Shown here: positions 1-11,278 of the stretch, piece by piece
How the letters are laid out: each line of letters opens with the position of its first letter
Position numbering within the stretch: the stretch's first letter is position 1
Assembly: GCA_043228905.1 (NCBI GenBank)
Contig: JBHGNT010000012.1
Location: forward strand, 9,858,001-9,922,000
Length of the DNA stretch: 64,000 nucleotides
Direction: 5' to 3'
DNA from: Azolla caroliniana
Taxonomy: Eukaryota; Plantae; Polypodiophyta
Notes under the pieces: model-generated
What the model was told of the DNA's origin: nothing
The model's database searches: none
What the model saw: only the letters and a program-made list of their open reading frames with translations
Made by a program: the position numbers and the translations under genes

Positions 1-160
1 TACGGGGAGGTAAGCGTGAAGGAAGAACCGAAGCCGACGGATCAAACCGGCAGTGAGCCAGGATGCGGATTACGGAAGACCGGTTTCTCACCGGCCGAAA
101 TCTCTCACCCTTCACCGGATTTGGCACGTACCGGTGGACGTGCGATTAGGTGGGGGCAGA

Positions 161-965
161 TATCGTGAAGAATTTCGGCCAGAGGCAGAAACCAGGAAAC
201 ATTGGCTACATCAGCGGGGTGCAGCATGTGTGCTCACCCGTGTACATTTAGTGTGAATAACGAGGGCACCTTTATGGCGCCGAAGAGTAGTCAAGTCGGG
301 ACAGACGATCCCATGTAAGTCGGGATTTATCCCACATTATAACACATCCCTCTCCTTGTTCTATAAAAGGAAGGGAGCACCCTTTGTGAAAGGGGTTGCC
401 CATTTTGTGTTAGAGGGTATACCGTTAGATTTAGGGTTAGTTACATTTCTTCTTCTTCTTCTTCTTCTTCTTCTTCTTCTCCCCCTTCGTGTTCGCTTAG
501 GGTTTGCTTCAGCTCGTCTCCTGCGCAAGACCCCGCTTGGCGCGACAAGCCCGTGAGCTCCCCGACCGAGTGCTTGGCAGCTGACGACTACTGTAACCTA
601 CCTTGGTCCAGCTTGGAGCCGGGAATGTATTCTTCCTCTTATATATATACATTTGCGTCTGTCTGTGTATATTCGCGTCTTTGTTGGTGTCGGGTGCTTC
701 CCCTTTCCGGCGTTTCCTATACATAAGGGCGTGAGCCGGGTCGGCCGGTGTGTGTGTGTGTGTATGTGTGTGTGCATGCGTGTGTGTGCGTGAGTCGGCG
801 TTAAGCGCGCACTCCCTCTCTTTCTCTCTCTCCCTTCGGTTGCTTCCGGTGTGCTTCTGGAATGGCCCGGAAACGGTGAAGTACGACTTCCTATGCTCCG
901 TCACTCCCTAGTCCAAGACCCCCGTGGTCCCGCCTTTCTCCACGCATGCGCGTAACAACGCGACA
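161..965 (+). mobile_element. 3' LTR of a Ty3/gypsy element of the X/Y/Z (tRNA-Trp-primed) family; body lies left of the window
   Basis: Preceded by the family PPT AGGTGGGGGCAGA. Starts TATCGTGAAG (other copies TGTCGTG) and ends GCGTAACAACGCGACA like the LTRs ending at 33398, 36105, 41155 and 55602. Contains (CTT)n and (GT)n microsatellites. Confidence 0.8.
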
Positions 966-1374
966 ACGGATTCGACAGCTCAAGCGAAGGCCGGAGGACG
1001 TGGAACGGGCCACGAAGAAGCTTCGGTTGGCAAGGTTGAAGAACAAAGGGTGGTTTGACCGGACTCACCGACTGCAACCGAAGAAAATTGAGGAAGGCGA
1101 CTGGGTCCTAGTGTATGACAGTAGCCTCGACAACCAGCACAGGGCAACGCGGAAGTTTACAAGGAGGTGGTTCGGGCCTTACGTGGTGACAGGCACCAAC
1201 GACAACGAGACCTACCATCTTGCGGAGCTCGACGGTACGAGGATAGCAATACCAGTAGCGGGGAAGAGGGTCAAAGCATTTAAGAAACGACATGAGTGCA
1301 AGCCGGATCCGGAAAGCATGGACGGCGACGACGGGCGGTCCAAGGCGGATGACGAACTGGAAGACGGGGAGTAA
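966..1374 (+). pseudogene. Gypsy integrase C-terminal fragment, interrupted at 965 by a same-family element
   Basis: RIRQLKRRPEDV...GDWVLVYDSSL...RRWFGPYVV...YHLAELDG, homologous to 54430-54839. Confidence 0.85.
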
Positions 1375-1449
1375 AGCAAGGACCGGTTTTCTCCAGCAAA
1401 GGCCCAATTTTGGCGCATACTGGTGGATGCGCGGTTAGGTGGGGGCGGA

Positions 1450-2106
1450 TGTCGTGAAGGAAACTACCCCTAGGCGGAAACCGAGTTTAGCGTGTGGAAA
1501 CCAGCCCTTACATGCGAGCACACCTTCCATTTTATAGTAAGTAGGTAGGTACAAGTCGGCTGAGGTGAAATCCTACGTAGCACAAATTCAATAGGGAGAA
1601 GTTAATGTGATGTAACGAGTGATAACGACCTCCCTCCTTGGGCTATAAAAGAGAGGGAGAAGAATGGAAAAGATATCGCGCGTTAGAGAGGACGCAGTGC
1701 TGCCGGACTAGGACCGAGCCCTTCTCCTCTGCCACTCTCCAGATCCATTTTGGCGCAGGTTCTCGGGAGGCTGACTCTGCTCCGTGGAACGCCCGTGTGC
1801 TTCCGACAGAGTCTCCATCTCGCTCTTGTGCGTGCGAGTGAACAGGCGTCAGTGTTCTCCTTGCCGGCTTGTTAGTTGTAAACGTCTTGATATACATATA
1901 AATTTATATACATATGTGTTCTTATACACCGGCTTCTAGTCGTCTCGTTTACTGTGTTGTTGGACTGTGATTCCTGTGTGCTCCTGTGTCCCTGCGTGTG
2001 CAAGTGCGTTCGTTGCCGTTCCGTTCTCCACCTTCTCAGTTATTTCTCGGTCCAGGACCCCGGTGGTCCCGCCTCGTTCTCCACGCACGCGCGTAACAAC
2101 ATGACA
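1450..2106 (+). mobile_element. 3' LTR of a Trp-family gypsy, inserted into the anticodon stem of a tRNA-His gene
   Basis: PPT AGGTGGGGGCGGA, then TGTCGTG...GCGTAACAACATGACA. The flank continues directly as tRNA-His sequence. Confidence 0.85.
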
Positions 2107-2138
2107 AAGTGGAGTTCTAACCACTAAACTACAACCAC
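2107..2138 (-). pseudogene. tRNA-His 5' half, truncated by gypsy LTR
   Basis: + strand AAGTGGAGTTCTAACCACTAAACTACAACCAC matches array tRNA positions 1-32. Confidence 0.85.
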
Positions 2139-2832
2139 CGAGTTTGTGTTGCCAAATTGGAACAAAGTCTTCACAACTACAACATGGAGTTGTAACCACT
2201 AAATATTGCCTTCCCCTGTTGCATGCATAAATTCATACGTACACTCTATATAGCATATTAGGGAAGTCTCCATAAAGGCATCCATAAATACGGACTTCTA
2301 ATCACTAAGACTTCACTTCGTATGTGGCTTGAATAAATTCATGTACACAATCTATATGACATATGACTCAAGTCTCGATTAAGCCATGGACAAATACATG
2401 TGACCATTCTATATGAAATATGAGCCAAGATTGCACTCGTGAAATTATTGTGCAATGTGGAAAATGAAAACTAATGATATGCCAACTTCATACGTAATAT
2501 GGGTTAAGTCCCTCAGACAATAATGTATAATGCCAAGCGGACTGTTTGTTGAGCTTGGGTCTCCATGACCATAACATGAAATTCTAACCACTAAAGGACA
2601 ACCATCAAATGCTTTTGAATTGAAAACAATGTTGGCTGGGACGAATATTTGAAAGGAACCTTTGTTGGGGATGGTGGGACGAATATTTGAAAGGAACCTT
2701 TGTTGGGGATGGTTGCTTGTAGTTTTTTGCTTAAATTAAATTTGTATGGTTCTTGGTTTTGGCAACCAACGTCCTATCTCAAATCCATTTGGATTCGAAG
2801 CATTTAACAAGTTGATATACACTCACTTTTGG

Positions 2833-2895
2833 TGTGGTTGCTGGGATTCGAGCCCAGGTCTCCACGGCCACAACGTGGAATTCTAACCACTAAAT
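2833..2895 (-). pseudogene. tRNA-His(GUG) 3' portion, split by copia A; 5' end at 8354-8367
   Basis: tRNA sequence runs to ...CCACTAAAT|TGTT (LTR start) and resumes as TAAACTACAACGAC at 8354. Confidence 0.9.
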
Positions 2896-2977
2896 TGTTG
2901 GGAGACAGGTCCCTCCGGATGGGAAGAGAGAAGAACACTGCTGATGAACAAACTCGGCCAAGGCCGATAGGCCGAAA

Positions 2978-3210
2978 CCGGTGAGAACAGGATGAGGAGT
3001 ACCCGGCTACGGAGAGCCGGATGGTGCAAACCCAGTGAGAACCGGATGAGGAGTACCCGGCTACGGAGAGCCAGATGGTGCAGACCTGGTGAGAACGGGA
3101 TGAGGAGTACCCGGCTACGGAGAGTTGGATGGTGCAGACCTGGTGATATCCGGATGAGGAGCACACGGCTACGGAGAGCCGAATGGTGCAGACCCGGTGA
3201 GAACCGGATG
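2978..3210 (+). repeat. 54-bp tandem repeat in copia A LTR (about 4 copies in the 5' LTR, about 2 in the 3' LTR at ~7771-7895)
   Basis: Unit CCGGTGAGAACCGGATGAGGAGTACCCGGCTACGGAGAGCCGGATGGTGCAGAC; 18-aa periodicity in ORF 2992..3264. Confidence 0.9.
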
Positions 3211-3699
3211 AAGAGACATATTCGTAAATATGTTTCTGAGAGTCCATCGAGGCTATATTTGTAAATAGCCGAAAAGTCATATTAGTATAAATATGACTTA
3301 GGGCAAACTTTTAGTTGTTGTTGTTGTTGTCATTCCTGTTTTGCACGAGATTAGAACGCGTAACAGTGTACAGAGAGAGAGAGAGAGAGAGAAAGAGGTC
3401 GCTCCCTCTGTTGTAACCGCCACCTGTGGTGAAGATCGTGAGCACAAGGTCCTTGCCTCCGTGAACTCACTGTTTGTACATTCCAACATAGTGATAGTTT
3501 GCAGCTTGTGGGCTGCCGTGGTTTTTTCCCTTAGTTTGGGTTTTCCACATAAATATCCTGTGTACCTTTTCTCTCCTTTGTGTTGTGAATTTACTTCCCG
3601 TTTTTTGTGTATGATTCTAAGGTCCGTTGTGGCCGAGCGTTGAGCATAAGGAACGACTAGTTCCCGTCAAGTGGTATTAGAGCGAAACGACACAGAAAA

Positions 3700-6600
3700 A
3701 TGGACGAATCGTTTGGCAGCATGTTCAAGCTCACCGGCTCCAACTATTCAGTGTGGAAGTCGAAGATGAGGGACATGCTCGTGTTTAAAGACCTCTGGCT
3801 GCCGGTTCAGTTCGGGGACAAGAGACCGGACAAAATCGACGCCGCGATATGGGAGGTGATGCACATGAAGACAACGGCGTACATACGGTGCTTCATCGAC
3901 ATGAGCCTGTACAACAACTTCAATGAAGAGAGCAAGGCTCATGAGCTCTAGGAGAAGATTGGCATAATGTTTCAAAACAAAAATGTTGTTAATCAGGTTT
4001 CAGTATTCCGGAAGCTAGTAAGACTCCGGTACCAAGATGGCTCCAGCATGGCGGAGCACATGAATGCCTTCTAGGGGCTGATCCACCAGGCAACTTCAAT
4101 GGAAGTACCTCTCGCCGATGAGGTACTAGCGCTACTCCTGCTCGGTTCCCTCCCGGATAGCTGGGAGACGTTGGTTGTCAGTTTGGGCAACGCCGGGCCA
4201 GAAGGAAAACGGTTATCCCTAGCAAGAGTAAAGTCGAGCTTGCTAGATGAGGAGGCGCGTCGGAAAGATAAAGATACGAGCTCCGACTCCAAAGCGCTCC
4301 TTACCGAATCGGAACGCAGAAGACATAGAAATCGTAGTCCCCAGAACCGGGAGAAGTCGGGGACACGGTCAAAGTCAAGGGGGAGGCCCACATTCTATTG
4401 CGGCAAGCCGGGACACTTCCAAAAGAACTGTCGGCATTTCCGAAAAGATAAGGAGACCGACGGTACCGATTCGAAGCGGACCCCGGACCGGAACGGTAAA
4501 GACCGGAGGGGGCCGGACTGGAAGGGAACGACGACAATCGCGGCAAGTGGCGACGAGATTACCTGGGTGGTAGACTCCGGAGCATCGTTCCACCTTACCC
4601 TAGACCGGAAATGCTTCTCATCCTATTCAGCCGGTGATCACGGCTGTGTCCGGATGGGGAATGAAGGTACATGCCGAATTGTCGGCATAGGAGACGTGTG
4701 GCTGTCAACACCAACGGGATGCAAGTTGCTGCTGAAGGATGTCTGACACGTTCCGGAGGTTCGTCTGAACCTGATATCAGCCGGTCGGCTAGATGATGAA
4801 GGCTACACGGGCAGCATCCGGAACGGTGTCATGAAGTTCAGCAAAGGGAGCCTGATTGTGGCTAGGGCCCGGAAGGTCAACACGTTGTACCTGATGAATG
4901 CTCGGTTATGTCCGGAAGAAGTGAACTTGGCATCCGACACTGCCGATGAGCTGTGGCACAAGAGACTATGTCATATGAGCGAGAAGGGGATGAAGAGGCT
5001 TGCAGACGACAATCTCATTCCAGTGAAGAACGTGCACTTGGAGAAGTGCACTGATTGTCTGGCTGGTAAGCAAAACCGGACCTCCTTCCGACCAAGGCCA
5101 CCGATGAGATGTAATGCACCACTGGAGTTGGTGCATACGGATGTGTGTCAAGTAGACACGAAGTGACATGCCGGAGCGCAGTACTTCGTGACGTTCATAG
5201 ATGACCATAGCCGGAAGCTGTGGGCCACACCGCTGAAGACGAAGGATCAGGTGCTATCCGTTTTCAAAGAGCTCCACGCGAGAGTAGAAAGAGAAACTGG
5301 CCGGAAGCTGAAGGCGGTTCGAGCAGATAACGGAGGAGAATACCGGGGGTAGTTCGAGGAGTACTGCCGCTCGAAGGGAATCCAGCTCGAATTTACCGTG
5401 CCGAAGACACCGGAACTAAACGGACTGGCCGAGAGGATGAACCGGACCATAATGGAGAGGGTCCGGAGTATGCTAGCACATGCAAAACTACCCAAGAAGT
5501 TTTGGGCTGAGGCACTGTCGACGGCGACATATGTGATAAACAGATCACCCTCAGTATTCTTGGACGGAGACACGCCACAGAGAGTATGGACCGGTAAGGA
5601 AGTGTCCTACCGGCATCTGAAGGTGTTCAGGTGTCTCGCGTACGTGCATGTAGCTAAGGACCAGAGAGGAAAGTTAGATCCAAAGACCCAGCCATGCATA
5701 TTCCTCGGTTACAGTGACGATGAGTTCAGCTACCGAGTGTGGGACCTGGTCGACAAGAAGGTATTCCGGAGTCGAGATATTATCTTCATGGAGGACAAGA
5801 CGCTCGCCGACTGGGAGTCGGAGAAGAAGATAATGAACTCCGAGTCGACTGGTAAGGATAGATTCTACGATGAGCCGACCCAACCGGCAAGAGATCGGTT
5901 AGCACTCGAGGAACCAGCCGGTTATGGTGAGGATACCGAACCGGCAGAAGAAGAAGTAGAGGAAGCTGAGACCGGAGCCGGCCTAGACCCCGAATTGGAT
6001 TCGGATGAAGAGCAAATGGAGGAGTCGGTTACCGAAGCCCAGAGACGGAGATATCCTCTCAGAGAGAGAAGGCCCCCCCGGAGATTTCCGGATGCAGAGA
6101 ATGTTCTGCTGACCGATGAGGGGGAGCCGGAAAGCTTCGAAGAAGCGAAGGAAGACACCCACAACCGAAAATGGTTAAGTGCCATGCAGGATGAGATGGA
6201 TTCCCTGCATGAGAACCATACGTACAAATTGGTGGAGTTGCCGAAAGGAAAGCAGGCACTCTGAAACAAGTGGGTGTACAAGTTGAAACCGGGAGATGCC
6301 GGCAACCCCCCGAGATACAAAGCCAGGATCGTGGTGAAGGGGTTCCAACAGAAGAAGGGCGTGGACTTCGACGAGATATTTGCCCCGGTAGTAAAGATGA
6401 CCTCCATCCGGACGGTGCTGAGTATAGCGGCAAGCATGGACCTCGAGGTAGAGCAGCTAGACATGAAGACGGCATTCCTTCACGGTGACCTCGAAGAAGA
6501 AATCTACATGCAGCAACCGGAAGGATTCGTGGAGAAAGGGAAGGAGCACCTGGTTTGCCGGTTGAAGAAGAGCCTCTACAGGTTAAAGTAGGCCCCCCGG

Positions 6601-7678
6601 CAATGGTACTGGAAGTTCGACTCCTTCATGAGCGATCAAGGGTACCACAAGACGCGGGCCGATCACTGCGTGTTTGTGAAGAAGTTTGTAGGAGGCGACT
6701 TCCTGATACTCCTTCTGTACGTGGACGACATGTTGATCGTCGGACGGGACCAAGTCAAAATACGGATGCTGAAGAAGGCTCTCAACCGGACCTTCTCAAT
6801 GAAAGACTTGGGTCGGGCAAGACAGATGCTGGGGATGCACATCATTTGGGACCGGTCAGCGAAGCAATTATGGCTGTCACAAAGGGAAGTACATGACAAA
6901 GGTGCTTCACCGGTTCAACATGTCAGATGCGAAACCGGTCGGATCGACACTTCCGACAAACTGCAAGCTATCCAGTAAGCAAAGCCCAAAGACGAAAGCA
7001 GAGAAGGCGGATATGATGAAGATTCCATATGCCTCTGCCGTTGGGAGCTTGATGTACGCAATGGTGTGTACCCAACCGGATATAGGAAACGCAGTCGGAG
7101 TGGTGAGCCGGTTTATGAGCAATCCCGGCAAGGAGCACTGGAACGTTGTCAAATGGATACTCCGGTATTTGAAGGGCACTTCAAATATGTGTCTCCGATT
7201 CGGCTCCGGAAGACCTCAACTTGACGGATTCACCGACTCGGACATGTCGGCTGATGTGGATACCAGCCGGTCTACATCCGGGTATGTAATGACATATGCA
7301 GGGGGAGCTGTTTCGTGGCAGTCGAGGTTGCAGAAGACGGTTGCATTGTCAACCACGGAGGCGGAGTACATGGCGGAAATATTATGGATGAAGGACCTCA
7401 TCGGAGAGCTCAGTATTCGACAAGATGAATACCGGCTCTACTGCGATAGTCAAAGTGCCATCCACCTTGCTAAGAATGCGGCCTACCATTCCCGGATGAA
7501 GCATATCCAGCGAAGGTATCCCTGGATCCAGGAAAGAGTAGATGACCAGGAGTTCGCACTGTCGAAGATCCACACGGTTGAGAACGAGTCAGATATACTG
7601 ACCAAAGTTCTGATACCCGACAAGCTGGATGCATGCCGGAAGCGGATCGGACTGATAAGACACCCCATGCCGGAGTGA
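3700..7678 (+). pseudogene. Copia A gag-pol (Gag/zinc knuckle, PR, IN, RT, RNase H) with stops and frameshifts
   Basis: FYCGKPGHFQKNC, WVVDSGAS, LWHKRLCH, PELNGLAERMNRT, LLYVDDMLI, GFTDSD, STTEAEY. Confidence 0.95.
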
Positions 7679-8337
7679 AGGGGGAGTTTGTTTGGAGACA
7701 GGTCCCTCCGGATGGGAAGAGAGAAGAACAGTGCCGATGAACAAACTCGGCCAAGGCCGATAGGCCGAGACCGGTGAGAACCGGATGAGGAGTACCCGGC
7801 AACGGAGAGCCGGATGGTGCAGACCCGGTGAGATCTGGATGAGGAGTACCCGGCTACGGAGAGGCGGATGGTGCAGACCCGGTGAAAACCAAATGAAGAG
7901 ACATATTCGTAAATATGTTTCTGAGAGTCCATCGAGGCTATATTTGTAAATAGCAGAAAAGTCATATTAGTATAAATATGACTTAGGGCAAACTTTTAGT
8001 TGTTGTTGTTGTTGTCATTCCTGTTTTGCACGAGATTAGAGCGCGTAACATTGTACAGAGAGAGAGAGAGAGAAAGAGGTCGCTCCCTCTGTTGTAACCG
8101 CCGCCTGTGGCGAAGATCGTGAACACGAGGTCGTTGCCTCCGTGAACTCACTGTTTGTACATTCCAACATAGTGATAGTTTGCAGCCTGTGGGCTGTCGT
8201 GGTTTTCTCCCTTAGTTTAGGTTTTCCACGTAAACATCCTGTGTACCTTATCTCTCCTTTGTGTCGTGAATTTACTTCCCGTTTTCTGTGTATGATTCTA
8301 AGGTCGGTTGTGGCCGAGCGTTGAGCATACGGAACGA

Positions 8338-8358
8338 CTAAAACCCTAAACCCTAAAC
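8338..8358 (-). repeat. Short interstitial plant telomere repeat (TTTAGGG)2+ at the copia A 3' LTR/tRNA junction
   Basis: + strand CTAAAACCCTAAACCCTAAAC. AAACCCTAAACCC replaces the LTR terminus GTTCCCGTCA seen at 3660-3669. Confidence 0.85.
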
Positions 8359-9022
8359 TACAACGACGGAGTTTGTGTTGCCAAATTGGAACAAAGTCTT
8401 CACAACTACATCATGGAGTTGTAACCACTAAATATTGCCTTCCCATGTTGCATGCATAAATTCATAGCTCCACTCTATATAACATATTAGGGAAGTCTCC
8501 ATAAAGGCATCCATAAATATAGACTTCTCATCACTAAGACTTGACTTCGTATGTCGCGTGAATAAATTCATCTACACAATCTATATGACATATGACTGAA
8601 GTATCGATTAAGTCATGGACAAATACATGTGCGCATTCTATATGAAATACAAGCAAAGATTGCACTCGTGAAATTATTGTGCAATGTGGAAAACGAAAAC
8701 CAATGCTATGCTAACTTCATACGTAATATGGGTTAAGGCGCTCGGCAATAATGTATAATGCAAGGCTGACTGCTTGTTGAGCTTAGGTCTCCATGACCAT
8801 AACATGAACCTCTAACCACTAAAGTACAACCATCAAATGCTTTGGAATTGAAAACAATGTTGGCTGGGACGAATATTTGAAAGGAACCTTTGTTGGGGAC
8901 GGTTGCTCGTAGTTTTTTACTTCAATTAAATTTGTATGGCTCTTGGTTTTGGCAACAAATTTCCTATCTCAAATCCATTGGAATTCGAAACATTTAACAA
9001 GTGGATATACACTCACTTTTGG

Positions 9023-9094
9023 TGTGGTTGCTGGGATTCGAGCCCAAGTCTCCACGGCCACAACGTGGAATTCTAACCACTAAACTACAACCAC
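9023..9094 (-). tRNA. tRNA-His(GUG), one T-stem G-U variant
   Basis: 72-nt cloverleaf, anticodon loop TT-GTG-GC, followed by CCA. Confidence 0.9.
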
Positions 9095-9750
9095 AAAATT
9101 TGTGTTGCCAAATTGGAACCAAATCTTCACAACCACAACATGGAGTTGTAACCAATAAATATTGTCTTCCCATGTTGCATGCATAAATTCATACCTAGAC
9201 TCTATATAACATATTAAAGATGGCTCCATAAAGGCATCGAAAAATACGGACTTCTAATCACTAAGACTTGATTTCGTATGTGGCATGAATAGATTCAAGT
9301 ACACAATCTATATGACATATGACTAAAGTGTCGATTAACCTATGGACAAATACTTGTGCACATTCTATATGAATTACGAGCCAAGATTGCACTTGTGAAA
9401 TTATTGTGCAATGTGGAAAATGAATACTAATGATATTGCAATTTCATAGGTAATATGGGTTATTGCGCTCAGACAATAATGTATAATGCCAAGCGGACTA
9501 TTTGTTGAGTTTAGGTCTCCATGACCATAACATGAAATTCTAACCACTAAAGGACAACCATAAAATGCTTTTGAATTGAAAACAATGTTGGCTAGGACAA
9601 ATATTTCAAAGGAACCTTTGTTTGGGATGGTGGCTCGTAGTTTTTTGCTTAAATTAAATTTATATGGTTCCTGGTTTTGGCAACCAACTTCCTATCTCAA
9701 ATCCATTTGGATTCGAAGCATTTAACAAGTTGATATAGACTCACTTTTGG

Positions 9751-9822
9751 TGTGGTTGCTGGGATTCGAGCCCAGGTCTCCACGGCCACAACGTGGAATT
9801 CTAACCACTAAACAACAACCAC
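9751..9822 (-). tRNA. tRNA-His(GUG), A9>T variant
   Basis: All stems intact; encoded CCA. Confidence 0.88.
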
Positions 9823-10478
9823 GGAGTTTGTGTTGCCAAATTGGAACAAAGTTTTCACAACTACAACATGGAGTTGTAACCACTAAATATTGCCTTCCCA
9901 TGTTGCATGCATAAATTCCTACCTACACTCTATATAACATATTAAAGATGTCTCCATAAAGGCATCCAGAAATATGGACTTCTAATCGCTAAGACTTGAC
10001 TTCGTATGTGGCGTGAATAGATTCATGTACACAATCTATATGACATATGACTCAAGTGTGGATTAAGCCATGGACAAATACATGTGCACATTCTATAGGA
10101 AAGACGAGCCAAGATTGCACTCGTGAAATTATTGTGCAATGTGGAAAATGAATACTAATGATATGCCAACATCATATGTAATATGGGTTAAGGCGCTCAG
10201 ACAATAATGTATAATCCCAAGCGGACTATTTGTTGAGCTTAGGTCTCCATGACCATAACATGAAATTCTAACCACTAAAGGACAACCATAAAATGCTTTT
10301 GAATTGAAAACAATGTTGGCTGGGACGAATATTTCAAATGAACCTTTGTTTGGGATGGTTGGTCGTTGTTTTATGCTTAAATTAAATTTATATGGTTCTT
10401 GGTTTTGGCAACCAACTTCCTATCTTAAATCCATTGGGATTCGAAGCATTTAACAAGTGGATGTACACTCACTTTTGG

Positions 10479-10550
10479 TGTGGTTGCTGGGATTCGAGCC
10501 CAGGTCTCCACGGCGACAACATGGAATTCTAACCACTAAACAACAACCAC
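10479..10550 (-). tRNA. tRNA-His body with anticodon mutated to GTC (Asp); likely non-functional
   Basis: + strand CCACGGCGACAACATGG = minus CCATG TT-GTC-GC CGTGG; also A9>T. Confidence 0.7.
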
Positions 10551-11206
10551 GGAGTTTGTGTTGCCAAATTGGAACAAAGTTTTCACAACTACAACATGGA
10601 GTTGTAAGCACTAAATATTGCCGTCCCATGTTGCATGCTTAAATTCATACCTACATGTTGTATAACATATTAAAGATGTCTCCATAAAGGCATTCAGAAA
10701 TACGGACTTCTAATCACTAAGACTTGATTTCCTATGTGGCGTGAATTGATTCATGTACACAATCTATATCACATATGACTCAAGTGTAGATTAAGCCATG
10801 GACAAATACATGTGCACATTCTATATGAAATACGAGCCAAGATTGCACTCTTGAAATTATTGTGCAATGTGGGAAATGAAAACTAATGATATGCCAACTT
10901 CATACGTGATATGGGTTAAGGCCTTCAGGCAATAATGTATAATGCCAAGCTGACTATTTGTTGAACTTAGGTCTCCATGACCATATCATGAACTTCTAAC
11001 TAATAACGTACAACCATCAAATGCTGTGGAATTGAAAACAATGTTGGCTGGGAAGAATAGTTGATAGGAACCTTTGTTGGGGATTGTGGCTCGTAGTTTT
11101 TTGCTAAAATTAAATTTGTATGGTTCTTGGTTTTCGCAACCAACTTCCTATCTCAAATCCATTTGGATATGAAGCATTTAACAAGTTGACATAGATTCAC
11201 TTTTGG

Positions 11207-11278
11207 TGTGGTTGCTGGGATTCGAGCCTAGGTCTCCACGGCCACAACGTGGAATTAAAACCACTAAACTACAACCAC
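11207..11278 (-). pseudogene. tRNA-His(GUG) with D-arm and T-stem lesions
   Basis: GAGCCTAGG and GGAATTAAAACC differ from the array consensus. Confidence 0.75.

Larger units (their letters stand above)
2896..8340 (+). mobile_element. Ty1/copia element A (Tnt1/Tork-like), full length but degenerate
   Basis: 5' LTR 2896-3669 (TG...CA), PBS TGGTATTAGAGC (tRNA-iMet) 3672-3683, PPT before 7689, 3' LTR 7689-8340 lacking its last 10 bp. TSD TAAAT/TAAAC. Confidence 0.95.

Noticed and set aside
425-505. TTAGGG-like motifs in the first LTR
   Set aside because: Single, non-tandem telo-box-like motifs, which are common in plant LTRs.
356-904. Poly-Leu and His-Thr repeat ORFs
   Set aside because: Translations of (CTT)n and (GT)n microsatellites in an LTR.
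9580-9747. Dicistronic tRNA-snoRNA in the long trailer
   Set aside because: No RUGAUGA/CUGA box pair or convincing H/ACA fold seen by eye; an Rfam search would settle it.
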